DNA of 61,986 nt, the filler included. It is 7 parts of 7 records of this genome, joined end to end, with 100 filler letters (N's around TTAATTAATTAA, not from the genome) between each part and the next. Parts side by side here need not be neighbours in the genome. Positions count along the whole stretch, not along the records: positions 28,191 to 38,833 come from SRR22947725_3504; 6 more parts are not named here. The stretch is one strand, 5' to 3'. The notes beneath the pieces are model-generated. The model saw nothing but the letters and a program-made list of their open reading frames with translations. It was not told the DNA's origin and made no database searches. How positions within the stretch are numbered: position 1 is the first letter of the stretch; each line of letters starts with the position of its first letter. Shown piece by piece: positions 29,786 through 38,933 of this stretch. Both the position numbers and the translations under genes were made by a program.

Positions 29786-30322
29786 ATGACCTTTAAAAAA
29801 GAATTTTGGGCGCTTTTATCAATATTTCTCCTTCCTATAGGTCTGGGAACTTTGTTCTTTTATTTAAACCCAACTTATTTCAGCCAAAATACTGTTAACT
29901 ATGGTGAGTTAATCACACCAGTAATTGTTACTGAAAAGTCAGACCTTGACATAAAAGGAGACGCCTCCCTGCAAGGAGTTTGGACACTGGCCTATGTAAC
30001 AGATAGTTGTGACAGCCTCTGCAATCAAGCTGTTGCAGACGTAAAGACTATTCGCACACTGATCAATATGGACATGCGCCGAATCCAAAGAATGCTTATT
30101 ACTAATGATGGATCAGTGCCTTCTGTTGAGGATGAAAAACTCATCCTAGCGAGCATCACAAGTGACAAGCTATTAGGCCAGCTTTCAAGGTTGCCAGAAA
30201 ACTCTATTTTTCTGATTGATCCTATTGGCAACTTTATGCTGTATTACGATCCAAAGGATATCAATATAAAATTTGTGCTTAAGGATTTAAAGCGACTTCT
30301 TAAATACTCAAGGATAGGCTAA
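29786..30322 (+). CDS. Membrane-anchored SCO/thioredoxin-like cytochrome oxidase cluster protein
   Basis: N-terminal TM, NYGELI, CDSLC (CxxxC), LIDPIGN, KDLKRLLKYSRIG; coupled to cyoE by TAATG. Confidence 0.7.
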   Translation: MTFKKEFWALLSIFLLPIGLGTLFFYLNPTYFSQNTVNYGELITPVIVTEKSDLDIKGDASLQGVWTLAYVTDSCDSLCNQAVADVKTIRTLINMDMRRIQRMLITNDGSVPSVEDEKLILASITSDKLLGQLSRLPENSIFLIDPIGNFMLYYDPKDINIKFVLKDLKRLLKYSRIG

Positions 30323-31218
30323 TGGAAAACCTTCCGTCCTTGAAAGATCTTTTGGGCCTCTGCAAGATTAAGGTTGTGATGCTTATTTTGCTTACAGCGG
30401 TCGTTGGTATGCTCCTAGCTGTTCCCTATGTTCCTAATCTACTTCTTATTATTGCAGCGTCGGCAGGAATTTCATTGGCTGCAATGTCTGCTGCTGTATT
30501 CAATCATGTTGTTGATGAAAAAATAGATACTCAGATGTCTAGAACTGATCGGAGGCCTTTGCCTCAGGGCAAAGTTACAAGGACGCAGGCGCTTATCTGG
30601 GGCGTTTTTTTGGGCGTTGTTGGAATCTCCCTTCTAGTCGTTTTTGTAAACCTGTTGACTGCAGTTCTAACCCTTCTTTCTTTAATAGGATACGCCGTCT
30701 TTTATACGATGTATTTGAAAAGAGCTACTCCACAAAACATAGTCATTGGCGGCGCAGCAGGGGCTGCACCACCAGTTCTTGGGTGGACATCAATTGCGGG
30801 TTCGAATGGTCTTGAGTATGCATTACTTCTGTTTCTCATTGTTTTTATATGGACCCCTCCGCACTTTTGGGCTTTGGCTATTCACAGGAGTGAAGAATAT
30901 AAAAAAGCTGAAATTCCAATGCTACCAGTTACACATGGACTAGAATTTACTAGAGTACAGATCCTTTTGTATACAGTCCTTTTGTTTCTTGTAACCTTGC
31001 TACCTTTTCTAACTGGAATGAGTGGCTTAATATATTTGATTTGTGCAGTATCCCTTGGAGCTCTTTTTTTAGGACACTCAATTAAGATTTTTCTTGAGCC
31101 TGAGAATTCTAAGATTGCATTTAAGACTTTTAAATATTCAATTAATTATTTGATGGTTTTATTCGTGGGGCTTCTAGTAGATCATTACCTTCTAATGAAT
31201 TTTGGAGTTGTTGCCTAG
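30322..31218 (+). CDS. cyoE: Protoheme IX farnesyltransferase (heme O synthase)
   Basis: DTQMSRTDRRP, LKRATPQNIVIGG, WTPPHFWALA. Confidence 0.96.
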   Translation: MENLPSLKDLLGLCKIKVVMLILLTAVVGMLLAVPYVPNLLLIIAASAGISLAAMSAAVFNHVVDEKIDTQMSRTDRRPLPQGKVTRTQALIWGVFLGVVGISLLVVFVNLLTAVLTLLSLIGYAVFYTMYLKRATPQNIVIGGAAGAAPPVLGWTSIAGSNGLEYALLLFLIVFIWTPPHFWALAIHRSEEYKKAEIPMLPVTHGLEFTRVQILLYTVLLFLVTLLPFLTGMSGLIYLICAVSLGALFLGHSIKIFLEPENSKIAFKTFKYSINYLMVLFVGLLVDHYLLMNFGVVA

Positions 31219-31220
31219 AC

Positions 31221-31412
31221 ATGAAATCTTTGCTTCAGGTTTTTAGAGCAGTGGCATCTGCTATGATTGGAGTTGGGAAAAAAAAGAATCTTGCCCAAGA
31301 CTTTGATGCTACAGAAAAAACAGGCCCATGGCCATACATCATTGTTGGTCTTGTGATGACCGTACTTTTTATCGGCTCATTAATTTTTGCTGTAAGCCTA
31401 GTTCTGTCCTAA
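31221..31412 (+). CDS. DUF2970-like small membrane protein
   Basis: AMIGV...QDF plus a C-terminal TM; typical of cox clusters. Confidence 0.72.
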   Translation: MKSLLQVFRAVASAMIGVGKKKNLAQDFDATEKTGPWPYIIVGLVMTVLFIGSLIFAVSLVLS

Positions 31413-32153
31413 AGCCTCTATGATCTTATCAAGAGCCTCAGCCATAGGCGCAGGCTCGTGAGGGTTTGTCAAAAGAGCAACCAGTTTCAGCTCTGGATTA
31501 AAGAGCAAATAGCTGCTAGTGTGATCAACATCATAATGTTCATCTTTTGAAGGGCTGGGCTTTTCATTAGCAACCATTTTGTGCGAATCATGCGAGTCAT
31601 CAGCGTGATCTTCAGAGTGATCATCGTGAGAATGATTATGATTGCTATGATCTTCTTGAGCTGTTTTTTGAGACTGAACCACTTCGTGATAAACGCCAAG
31701 AGCTTTGCTAATAGAAATTAGCTCATCTTGTTTTGCAGTTAAGCCCTTGAATGATAAATTAAAAGCTTTAGCAAAGTTATCCAGGTTTCCTAGATCCCTG
31801 TCCGGATCAACAGAGACAAATACAACTTGAAGTTGATCACTATTTTCCATTAACTGTGATGCTTGGTTTATTTTAGAGAGGTCAATTGGACAAACATCTG
31901 GACATGAAGTGTAGCCAAAATACAGAAGCGCCCATTTATCATCTGCCACATCTGATAAATGAGTATTTTTTGATGCATCATCGATAAAGTTGAGTTTGTC
32001 TGAAACTGATTTTGCTTGAGGATATAAGGACGCAGCAGGAGCAACAGACTTTTTGAGTTCCTCCATATTGGGCTTGCCACCAAAGAAGAAGAAAACTGCA
32101 GCACTAATAATGGCTGCAAGAATAAGGAAATAAATTTGAGTACTTTTTGTCAT
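31398..32153 (-). CDS. SCO1/SenC copper chaperone with His/Asp-rich insertion
   Basis: FGYTSCPDVCP (CxxxC), VSVDPDRD, YDVDHT copper ligand; inserted DHSNHNHSHDDHSEDHADDSHDSH. Confidence 0.92.
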   Translation of the reverse strand: MTKSTQIYFLILAAIISAAVFFFFGGKPNMEELKKSVAPAASLYPQAKSVSDKLNFIDDASKNTHLSDVADDKWALLYFGYTSCPDVCPIDLSKINQASQLMENSDQLQVVFVSVDPDRDLGNLDNFAKAFNLSFKGLTAKQDELISISKALGVYHEVVQSQKTAQEDHSNHNHSHDDHSEDHADDSHDSHKMVANEKPSPSKDEHYDVDHTSSYLLFNPELKLVALLTNPHEPAPMAEALDKIIEALGQN

Positions 32154-32176
32154 AATAAGACCTACAAATGTGGCAA

Positions 32177-33151
32177 TTAGTTTTGAAGAGCGTTTTCTTT
32201 TGTGAACATTTTGTGAGCAAGGTTCACAAGACTCAAGAGCAGCGCAAGGCCGATTACATTGTGCATTGTGGCAGCAAACATAGGCAGGGACATTACTACA
32301 TTAATAATCCCCAGCGCAACTTGAATTGTTAGAAGGGCAAGAACTATAAGTAAACTGTTTCTGAGTGCTTTGTAGTTTCTAAGGGCAAATGAAAAAGTAA
32401 TTATTGCTGCAGTTACAACAAGGGCGCCAACACGATGAACCATTTGGATTGCTGTTCGTGTTTCATTTTCTAGGACACCAAACTCATAATCAACTCCGAG
32501 TGGCCCCCAATAGTAGGCATTTTTAAAGTCCATATCATCAGGCCACATCTCCCCTAGACAGCTAGGAAAATAGTCCCCACAGGCAAGTGCAGCATAGTTA
32601 GTGCTGGTCCACCCTCCAAGAAAAATTTGAAAAACTAGAAGCACAGTAACAATGGCAAGCATTATCTTATGCTTGTTGAGAATTGGCTGATCAAGAGTAA
32701 GGGGCTTACGCTCATTAAGAAGCAGCCAAAAGAGAAGAGTTGTTGTTGAAAAGCCACCCAATAAATGCATCGTAACTATCCCTGGATGAACTAATTCTGT
32801 TACTGTCCACATCCCTAGGGCGCCCTGAAAACCAACCAATAGTAGAAGTGCAGTTGGCAACTTTACAGAACGGAGCGTGTCCGGCCTCCTAAAAATTGCC
32901 AATAAAAAGATAATAACAATTGATAGGCCAAGTATTGAAGCGGCGTAGCGATGAACCATTTCTTTCCAGGCTTTTGCTATATCAAGGGGCCTATCATATT
33001 CTGCAGAGATGACATCTGGAACCAACAGCTGACCATAGCAGCCTGGCCAGTCGGGACATCCTAATCCCGCATCAGCAAGACGAGTATACGCCCCCAAGAT
33101 GACAACTATGAGAGCTAAAATAAATGAGAGGTTAAGTGCTTTAGAGTACAT
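32177..33151 (-). CDS. ctaA: Heme A synthase (COX15/CtaA)
   Basis: AGLGCPDWPGC, EMVHR, MVHR, MHN heme ligands; ATG 33151 preferred as start. Confidence 0.93.
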   Translation of the reverse strand: MYSKALNLSFILALIVVILGAYTRLADAGLGCPDWPGCYGQLLVPDVISAEYDRPLDIAKAWKEMVHRYAASILGLSIVIIFLLAIFRRPDTLRSVKLPTALLLLVGFQGALGMWTVTELVHPGIVTMHLLGGFSTTTLLFWLLLNERKPLTLDQPILNKHKIMLAIVTVLLVFQIFLGGWTSTNYAALACGDYFPSCLGEMWPDDMDFKNAYYWGPLGVDYEFGVLENETRTAIQMVHRVGALVVTAAIITFSFALRNYKALRNSLLIVLALLTIQVALGIINVVMSLPMFAATMHNVIGLALLLSLVNLAHKMFTKENALQN

Positions 33152-33462
33152 AAAATCCAGTAAATGAGGCAACCATTTTAGTTAACAAAGTAGTTGCTTG
33201 ATTAAAAAATTCAAAAAACTTTAAATAAATGTGCATCTTTTATTTAGGGGTTTATTCTTTTTTTTCAACAATAGGAGTGTAATTTTTTAGCATTCAGTTT
33301 GTTGGTGAAAAAAGTTCAATCAATATTGAGAATAAAGGTGAATTATTACTTGGTAAAAAAGAGATAAACAGGTATCATTTGGTTGCATTTTTTAATTGAA
33401 ACTTGAAATTGCACATTCAAGTACTATTTATATAGCTATAAAAGGTTTAATTCGGAGAATCT

Positions 33463-34584
33463 ATGAAACTATTTTTGACTATTACTAGCGCTATTGCAGC
33501 ATTATTAGGCCCTAGATCTGCTTTTGCAGAGTACACACTTAATATGACAAAAGGCATCACTGACCTTAGCCAGGACATTTACTGGCTTCATATGATGGCA
33601 TTTTGGGTTTGTGTTGGTATCGGCGTTGTAGTATTTGGTGCTATGTTTTATTCAATCATTGCCCACAGAAAGTCAAAGGGAGCTAAGGCTGCACATTTTC
33701 ATGAGAGTACGACAGTTGAATTTATATGGACAGGAATTCCAATCTTAATCTTAATTGCAATGGCAATTCCAGCCTCCAAAACATTGATTGATATTGAGGT
33801 CCTTGAAAAGGCAGATATGACTATAAAGGTTACCGGCATTCAATGGAAGTGGCAGTATGACTATCCTGAAGAAGGAATCAGCTTTGTTTCAAATTTGGCA
33901 CAATCTTCGAGAGACGTTATTAAGGCATCACCTGAGGAGCGTGAAGCTGTTCACAAGGAAAGTGACTACCTTCGCTCAGTTGACAATCATCTTGTTCTTC
34001 CAGTTGATACAACGGTTAGATTTTTAATTACTTCTAATGACGTTATTCATAACTGGTGGGTTCCCGCTTTTGGCGTCAAGCAGGATGCTAATCCTGGATT
34101 TATCAATGATGCATGGGCTAAGCCAAATGAAATTGGAACTTATAGAGGACAATGTGCTGAGCTTTGTGGAAAAGATCATGGGTTTATGCCAATTGTGGTA
34201 GACGTTGTTTCTAAAGCTGACTATGCGGCTTGGGTTGAGAGCAAACAGGCTGAAAAAGTTGCTGAATTAGCTAGCGCTACACAAGAATGGACAGAGGCTG
34301 ATTTGGTTGCAAGGGGTGAGGAAGTTTACAACGCAAACTGCTCTGGTTGTCATCAAAAAGACGGCTCGGGTATTCCAGGAGTCTTCCCAGCAATGATAGG
34401 GTCAGAAGTAACAAATGGCCCCGCAGATTATCAAATTGGCATGGTTTTAAATGGCTTAAGGGGAATGCCTGCATTTAAGATGCTTAGCGATACAGATATT
34501 GCATCGGTAATTACCTACGAAAGAAGATCTTTTGGTAACAATGGATCAGTTGTTCAACCATCAGATGTTACATCTGCACGTTAA
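33463..34584 (+). CDS. coxB: Cytochrome c oxidase subunit II with fused C-terminal cytochrome c
   Basis: CuA ligands DVIH and CAELCGKDHGFM; heme c CSGCH...MPAF. Confidence 0.96.
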   Translation: MKLFLTITSAIAALLGPRSAFAEYTLNMTKGITDLSQDIYWLHMMAFWVCVGIGVVVFGAMFYSIIAHRKSKGAKAAHFHESTTVEFIWTGIPILILIAMAIPASKTLIDIEVLEKADMTIKVTGIQWKWQYDYPEEGISFVSNLAQSSRDVIKASPEEREAVHKESDYLRSVDNHLVLPVDTTVRFLITSNDVIHNWWVPAFGVKQDANPGFINDAWAKPNEIGTYRGQCAELCGKDHGFMPIVVDVVSKADYAAWVESKQAEKVAELASATQEWTEADLVARGEEVYNANCSGCHQKDGSGIPGVFPAMIGSEVTNGPADYQIGMVLNGLRGMPAFKMLSDTDIASVITYERRSFGNNGSVVQPSDVTSAR

Positions 34585-34599
34585 TTTAAGGAGAAACAC

Positions 34600-36213
34600 A
34601 TGAGCTCAACTACAGCGGCAGCAGCACACGACGATCACCATCATGGCCCTGAAAAAGGACTCCTAAGATGGGTTAAAACAACTAATCACAAGGATATTGG
34701 AACGCTTTATCTGTGGTTTTCTTTTGCAATGCTCTTGGTGGGCGGTGCCTTCGCTATGGGCATTCGTTCAGAATTATTACAGCCTGGTTTACAATTGTTT
34801 GAACCACAATTCTATAACCAGCTGACAACAATGCATGGGCTGATCATGGTATTTGGTGCCATTATGCCTGCCTTTGTAGGCCTTGCAAACTGGCTGATTC
34901 CTATGATGGTAGGAGCTCCCGATATGGCTCTTCCAAGAATGAATAATTGGAGTTTTTGGATACTGCCTTTTGCTGGCACGATTCTACTGAGCACATTTTT
35001 TATGGAAGGTGGCGCACCTGCTTTTGGATGGACTTTTTATGCTCCACTCTCAACAACATTTGCACCAGATTCAACTGACTTCTTTATCTTTGCAATTCAC
35101 TTGCTTGGTTTTTCATCAATCATGGGCGCCATTAATATTATTGCAACCGTTCTTAATATGAAGGCACCTGAAATGAGACTAATGGATATGCCTCTTTTTG
35201 TTTGGACTTGGTTAATCACATCATTCCTGCTAATCGGCGCAATGCCAGTTTTGGCTGGAGCCGTAACTATGATGCTTACAGATCGTAATTTTGGAACCGC
35301 TTTCTTTGATGCAACTGGCGGTGGAGACCCGGTCATGTTTCAGCATATTTTCTGGTTCTTTGGGCATCCAGAGGTGTACATTATGATTTTGCCAGCCTTT
35401 GGCATTATCTCCCATATTATTCCTACTTTTGCAAGGAAGCCACTCTTTGGTTATTCATCGATGGTTTATGCAACTGCATCAATTGCATTCTTGTCTTATA
35501 TTGTATGGGCTCATCATATGTTCCTTACGGGAATGCCTGTGGCAGGAGAGCTCTACTTTATGTACGCAACGATGTTGATCGCTGTTCCAACTGGTGTTAA
35601 AGTTTTTAACTGGGTTGCAACGATGTGGAAAGGTTCAATGTCATTTGAAACTCCAATGTTATGGGCACTGTCTTTTGTATTTTTATTTACAATTGGCGGC
35701 TTCTCAGGCTTAATGCTTGGAATAGCGCCTGCTGATATTCAGTACCATGATACATATTTTGTTGTTGCACATTTCCACTACGTTCTTGTAACTGGAGCCT
35801 TGTGGGGAATCATTGCAGCTGTTTTCTATTGGCTACCTAAGTGGACTGGAAAAATGTATAACGAGCGCTTAGCGAAAGTACACTTTTGGATTGCTATGAT
35901 TTCAGTTAATGTAACATTTTTCCCACAACACTTTATAGGATTAGCAGGGATGCCTCGTCGTATTCCTGACTATGCGCTTCAGTTTGCTGACTTTAACTTC
36001 ATTTCATCAATTGGCTCTTTTGCCTTTGGCCTATCATTTCTTTTGTTTACCTATATTTTGGTTGACTGTATTCGAAATGGCAAGCCAGCAGTTGCAAGAC
36101 CTTGGGAGAGTGCTAAGGGCCTAGAGTGGACATTGGCTGCGCCAGTTGCTTACCATACGTTTGATGAGCCACCAACCAGAGCTGAAATTTTAGCTGAGTC
36201 TCAGCACAGTTAA
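34600..36213 (+). CDS. ctaD: Cytochrome c oxidase subunit I (A1 type)
   Basis: NHKDIG, GHPEVY, WAHH, HFHY, GMPRR. Confidence 0.98.
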   Translation: MSSTTAAAAHDDHHHGPEKGLLRWVKTTNHKDIGTLYLWFSFAMLLVGGAFAMGIRSELLQPGLQLFEPQFYNQLTTMHGLIMVFGAIMPAFVGLANWLIPMMVGAPDMALPRMNNWSFWILPFAGTILLSTFFMEGGAPAFGWTFYAPLSTTFAPDSTDFFIFAIHLLGFSSIMGAINIIATVLNMKAPEMRLMDMPLFVWTWLITSFLLIGAMPVLAGAVTMMLTDRNFGTAFFDATGGGDPVMFQHIFWFFGHPEVYIMILPAFGIISHIIPTFARKPLFGYSSMVYATASIAFLSYIVWAHHMFLTGMPVAGELYFMYATMLIAVPTGVKVFNWVATMWKGSMSFETPMLWALSFVFLFTIGGFSGLMLGIAPADIQYHDTYFVVAHFHYVLVTGALWGIIAAVFYWLPKWTGKMYNERLAKVHFWIAMISVNVTFFPQHFIGLAGMPRRIPDYALQFADFNFISSIGSFAFGLSFLLFTYILVDCIRNGKPAVARPWESAKGLEWTLAAPVAYHTFDEPPTRAEILAESQHS

Positions 36214-36311
36214 TGGCAGAGAAGAACAGCAAAGGACAAGGCCGAACTGCACTCATAGTAGCCATTGTAGCAATAGGATTGTATTTAGCAACCATAATGC
36301 TTAACGGCTGA
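36213..36311 (+). CDS. 32-aa single-TM small protein, probable cytochrome oxidase small assembly protein (absent from the ORF track)
   Basis: [32 protein letters not shown]; the ATG overlaps the coxA stop (TAATG) and the TGA ends 1 nt before the ctaG ATG. Confidence 0.78.
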   Translation: MAEKNSKGQGRTALIVAIVAIGLYLATIMLNG

Positions 36312-36312
36312 T

Positions 36313-36834
36313 ATGGAGAGAAAAAAAATAACAAAAGGGTTTTGGATAAAGCTTGTATCCGTCCCTGTTTTGATGTTCTTTTTTGCTTATGCCATGGTGC
36401 CAATATATGATGTATTGTGTGACTTAACTGGGTTTAATGGTAAGACGGGTACTGTAGAAACTGAAAAGCAGTATCAGATTAATGAAGAGCGTGAAGTAAC
36501 GGTTAGTTTTTTTGCGTCAACTAGTTCTGGTTTTCCAGTTCAGTTTGCGCCAAAAGTGACTTCAATGGAGGTTATTCCAGGGAAGTTTTATAACATGAGC
36601 TACATTGCTAAAAATACGACCGATGAGGTAATTTTTGGTCAAGCAATACCGAGTGTTGCGCCAACAGATGCGGCGTTACATTTTAAAAAATTAGAGTGTT
36701 TTTGTTTTGTTAAGCAAGAGTTTCAGCCTGGAGAGGAAGTAGAAATGGCACTTCGGTTTGTGGTTGAGCCTGATATGGCAGAATGGATTAAAGATGTGAG
36801 CTTGTCATATAATTTTTATAAGTTAGATAGTTAA
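36313..36834 (+). CDS. ctaG: Cytochrome c oxidase assembly protein CtaG/Cox11
   Basis: VPIYDVLC, GQAIPSVAP, ECFCF copper motif. Confidence 0.95.
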   Translation: MERKKITKGFWIKLVSVPVLMFFFAYAMVPIYDVLCDLTGFNGKTGTVETEKQYQINEEREVTVSFFASTSSGFPVQFAPKVTSMEVIPGKFYNMSYIAKNTTDEVIFGQAIPSVAPTDAALHFKKLECFCFVKQEFQPGEEVEMALRFVVEPDMAEWIKDVSLSYNFYKLDS

Positions 36835-36849
36835 TTAAAGGGAGAGAAA

Positions 36850-37728
36850 ATGAGCAACGAAAAATATTATGTTCCTCATGGTACATATTGGCCAATTATA
36901 GGATCAATAGGCATTTCAACACTATTTGTTGGCTTTGCAAATCAAATGCATGATGTCAGCTGGGGCTGGCCTGTGATGGTTCTGGGTTTTGCTATCATAG
37001 CATTTATGATGTTTGGTTGGCTTGGTACGGTAGTTGCTGAGAGCGTGGGTGGAATGTATAACTCCCAGGTCGACAGATCTTTTAGGTGGGGCATGAGCTG
37101 GTTTATTTTCTCTGAGGTTATGTTCTTTGCAGCATTCTTTGGGGCTCTTCTTTATGCAAGGGTCTTGAGTGTTCCATGGCTTGGAGGAGAGTATAACAAC
37201 ATTTATACACCACAGCTTTGGGAGGGATTTAAGGCGGCTTGGCCACTAATTTCTACTCCAGGTGATGTGGGCCAAAATGGGGTGGCATTTTCAACAAACT
37301 TTAAACTAGTAGACACTTGGGGGCTGCCAGCTCTAAATACGGGACTACTTTTAACTTCAGGCGTAACTCTTACATATGCACATCATGCCTTGAGAGCTGG
37401 TCACAGAGATGCTTTGATGGCATGGATGCTAGCAACGATTGCGCTGGGCGTTATTTTTCTGGGCTTTCAAATTACTGAGTATGGCCATGCCTACCATGAT
37501 GGCCTTAAATTAACCTCAGGAATTTATGGGTCAACCTTCTACTTGCTGACTGGTTTTCATGGCTTCCACGTAACGATCGGCGTTATTATGTTAACAGTGA
37601 TCCTTTATCGTATCCAGAAGGGACACTTTAATTTAGAAAACCATTTTGCATTTGAGGGCGTTGCATGGTATTGGCACTTTGTCGATGTCGTATGGCTGGG
37701 TCTATTTATTTTTGTTTACTGGATATAA
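36850..37728 (+). CDS. coxC: Cytochrome c oxidase subunit III
   Basis: FIFSEVMFF, TGFHGFHV, WYWHFVDVVW. Confidence 0.97.
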   Translation: MSNEKYYVPHGTYWPIIGSIGISTLFVGFANQMHDVSWGWPVMVLGFAIIAFMMFGWLGTVVAESVGGMYNSQVDRSFRWGMSWFIFSEVMFFAAFFGALLYARVLSVPWLGGEYNNIYTPQLWEGFKAAWPLISTPGDVGQNGVAFSTNFKLVDTWGLPALNTGLLLTSGVTLTYAHHALRAGHRDALMAWMLATIALGVIFLGFQITEYGHAYHDGLKLTSGIYGSTFYLLTGFHGFHVTIGVIMLTVILYRIQKGHFNLENHFAFEGVAWYWHFVDVVWLGLFIFVYWI

Positions 37729-37752
37729 TATAGAAATAGAGGTTCATTCAAT

Positions 37753-37778
37753 GGCCCCTATTAAGGGGCCTTTTTTTT
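37753..37778 (+). terminator. Rho-independent terminator after coxC
   Basis: GGCCCCT-ATTA-AGGGGCC followed by T8. Confidence 0.88.
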
Positions 37779-37797
37779 CAAGCAATCAAGGAAAGAT

Positions 37798-38016
37798 ATG
37801 AATTTATTTGTAATTGCGGTACTTGTTTTAATATTTATATTTTTAGGCTCTGCTGTTATTGGTCTTCTTAAGGGTGGCAAAGCTGGCTCAGATAGAATGT
37901 TTAAGGCATTAAGAATGAGAATTATTCTTTCAGTTCTCCTTTTTGCATTCTTATTGCTTGCAGGTGCATTAGGCTGGATTGAGCCAAATGGCTTTAATCT
38001 TTTGCCCACTCAGTAA
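37798..38016 (+). CDS. DUF2909 / HIG1-like twin-TM small protein
   Basis: Two TMs, RMFKALRMRIILS, GWIEP. Confidence 0.8.
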   Translation: MNLFVIAVLVLIFIFLGSAVIGLLKGGKAGSDRMFKALRMRIILSVLLFAFLLLAGALGWIEPNGFNLLPTQ

Positions 38017-38018
38017 TA

Positions 38019-38717
38019 ATGAGCTTAAGGTTCTTAATTCCCGCAGTACTAATTGTTGCAACTATTGCCTTTCTGGCCTCATTGGGGCTTTGGCAGCTTG
38101 ACCGTGCTAACGAAAAACGTGCAATAGAGGCCTCAATACAAAAAGCAAATACAGGAACTATAGAATTGATCTTTGATGAAAATAGGCTGCTTGAAAAAGA
38201 GTATTACCAGGTCAGACTTAAGGGGCAATACCTAAGTAAAAAGCAGTTCATCTATGACAACCAGATTGTTGACCAAGTTTCTGGATATTACGTTTTAACG
38301 CCATTTAAATTAGAGAATCAATCTGGTGCTATTGTTATCAATCGAGGCTTTATTCCTTGGAATGGCGATAGGGAAAAACTAGCAGACATCTCAATAGATA
38401 AAACCAAGTCTGATATTAAGGTTCAAATTTCAAAGCCAATCAAAAGAATTGAATTGAAATCAAGCGAGATAAGCAATAACTTCCCAACTCTAATTCAGGC
38501 AGTCGATTTAGTCAAAATGAGTGAGATAGCAGGCGTTAATTTTTCTAGTATGGTTGGACTGTTAGACGCATCAATGGACGATGGATTTGTTAGAAAATGG
38601 GAGCCTTATACGGGAAGTATTGAGAAGCATATTGGGTATGCCGTGCAGTGGTTTCTGATGGCAATCGTTCTTGGGATTATAGGTATACGTATTGCTATAA
38701 AACAGCGAAAAAAGTAA
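38019..38717 (+). CDS. SURF1 family cytochrome oxidase assembly protein
   Basis: LGLWQLDRA, VINRGF, HIGYAVQWF. Confidence 0.93.
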   Translation: MSLRFLIPAVLIVATIAFLASLGLWQLDRANEKRAIEASIQKANTGTIELIFDENRLLEKEYYQVRLKGQYLSKKQFIYDNQIVDQVSGYYVLTPFKLENQSGAIVINRGFIPWNGDREKLADISIDKTKSDIKVQISKPIKRIELKSSEISNNFPTLIQAVDLVKMSEIAGVNFSSMVGLLDASMDDGFVRKWEPYTGSIEKHIGYAVQWFLMAIVLGIIGIRIAIKQRKK

Positions 38718-38780
38718 CTCTATTTTGAGGCTATAAAATAGTACTGAAAAAAAATTCTTTACTGTATAATTTCGCTCTAA

Positions 38781-38833
38781 GCCGACATAGCACAGTTGGT
38801 AGTGCAACTGATTTGTAATCAGTAGGTCCGCGG
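38781..38833 (+). tRNA. tRNA-Thr(UGU), 3' truncated
   Basis: GCCGACATAGCACAGTTGGTAGTGCA; anticodon arm ACTGA-TTTGTAA-TCAGT; TATAAT at 38765-70 upstream. Confidence 0.92.
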
Positions 38834-38933
38834 NNNNNNNNNNNNNNNNNNNNNNNNNNNNNNNNNNNNNNNNNNNNTTAATTAATTAANNNNNNNNNNN
38901 NNNNNNNNNNNNNNNNNNNNNNNNNNNNNNNNN
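38834..38933. other. Artificial contig spacer
   Basis: N44-TTAATTAATTAA-N44. Confidence 0.99.

Noticed and set aside
33173..33462. FNR-like sites in the ctaA-coxB divergent region (TTGATTAAAAAATTCAA, TTGAAATTGCACATTCAA)
   Set aside because: Spacing does not fit TTGAT-N4-ATCAA, the two differ from each other, and such matches are expected in AT-rich DNA
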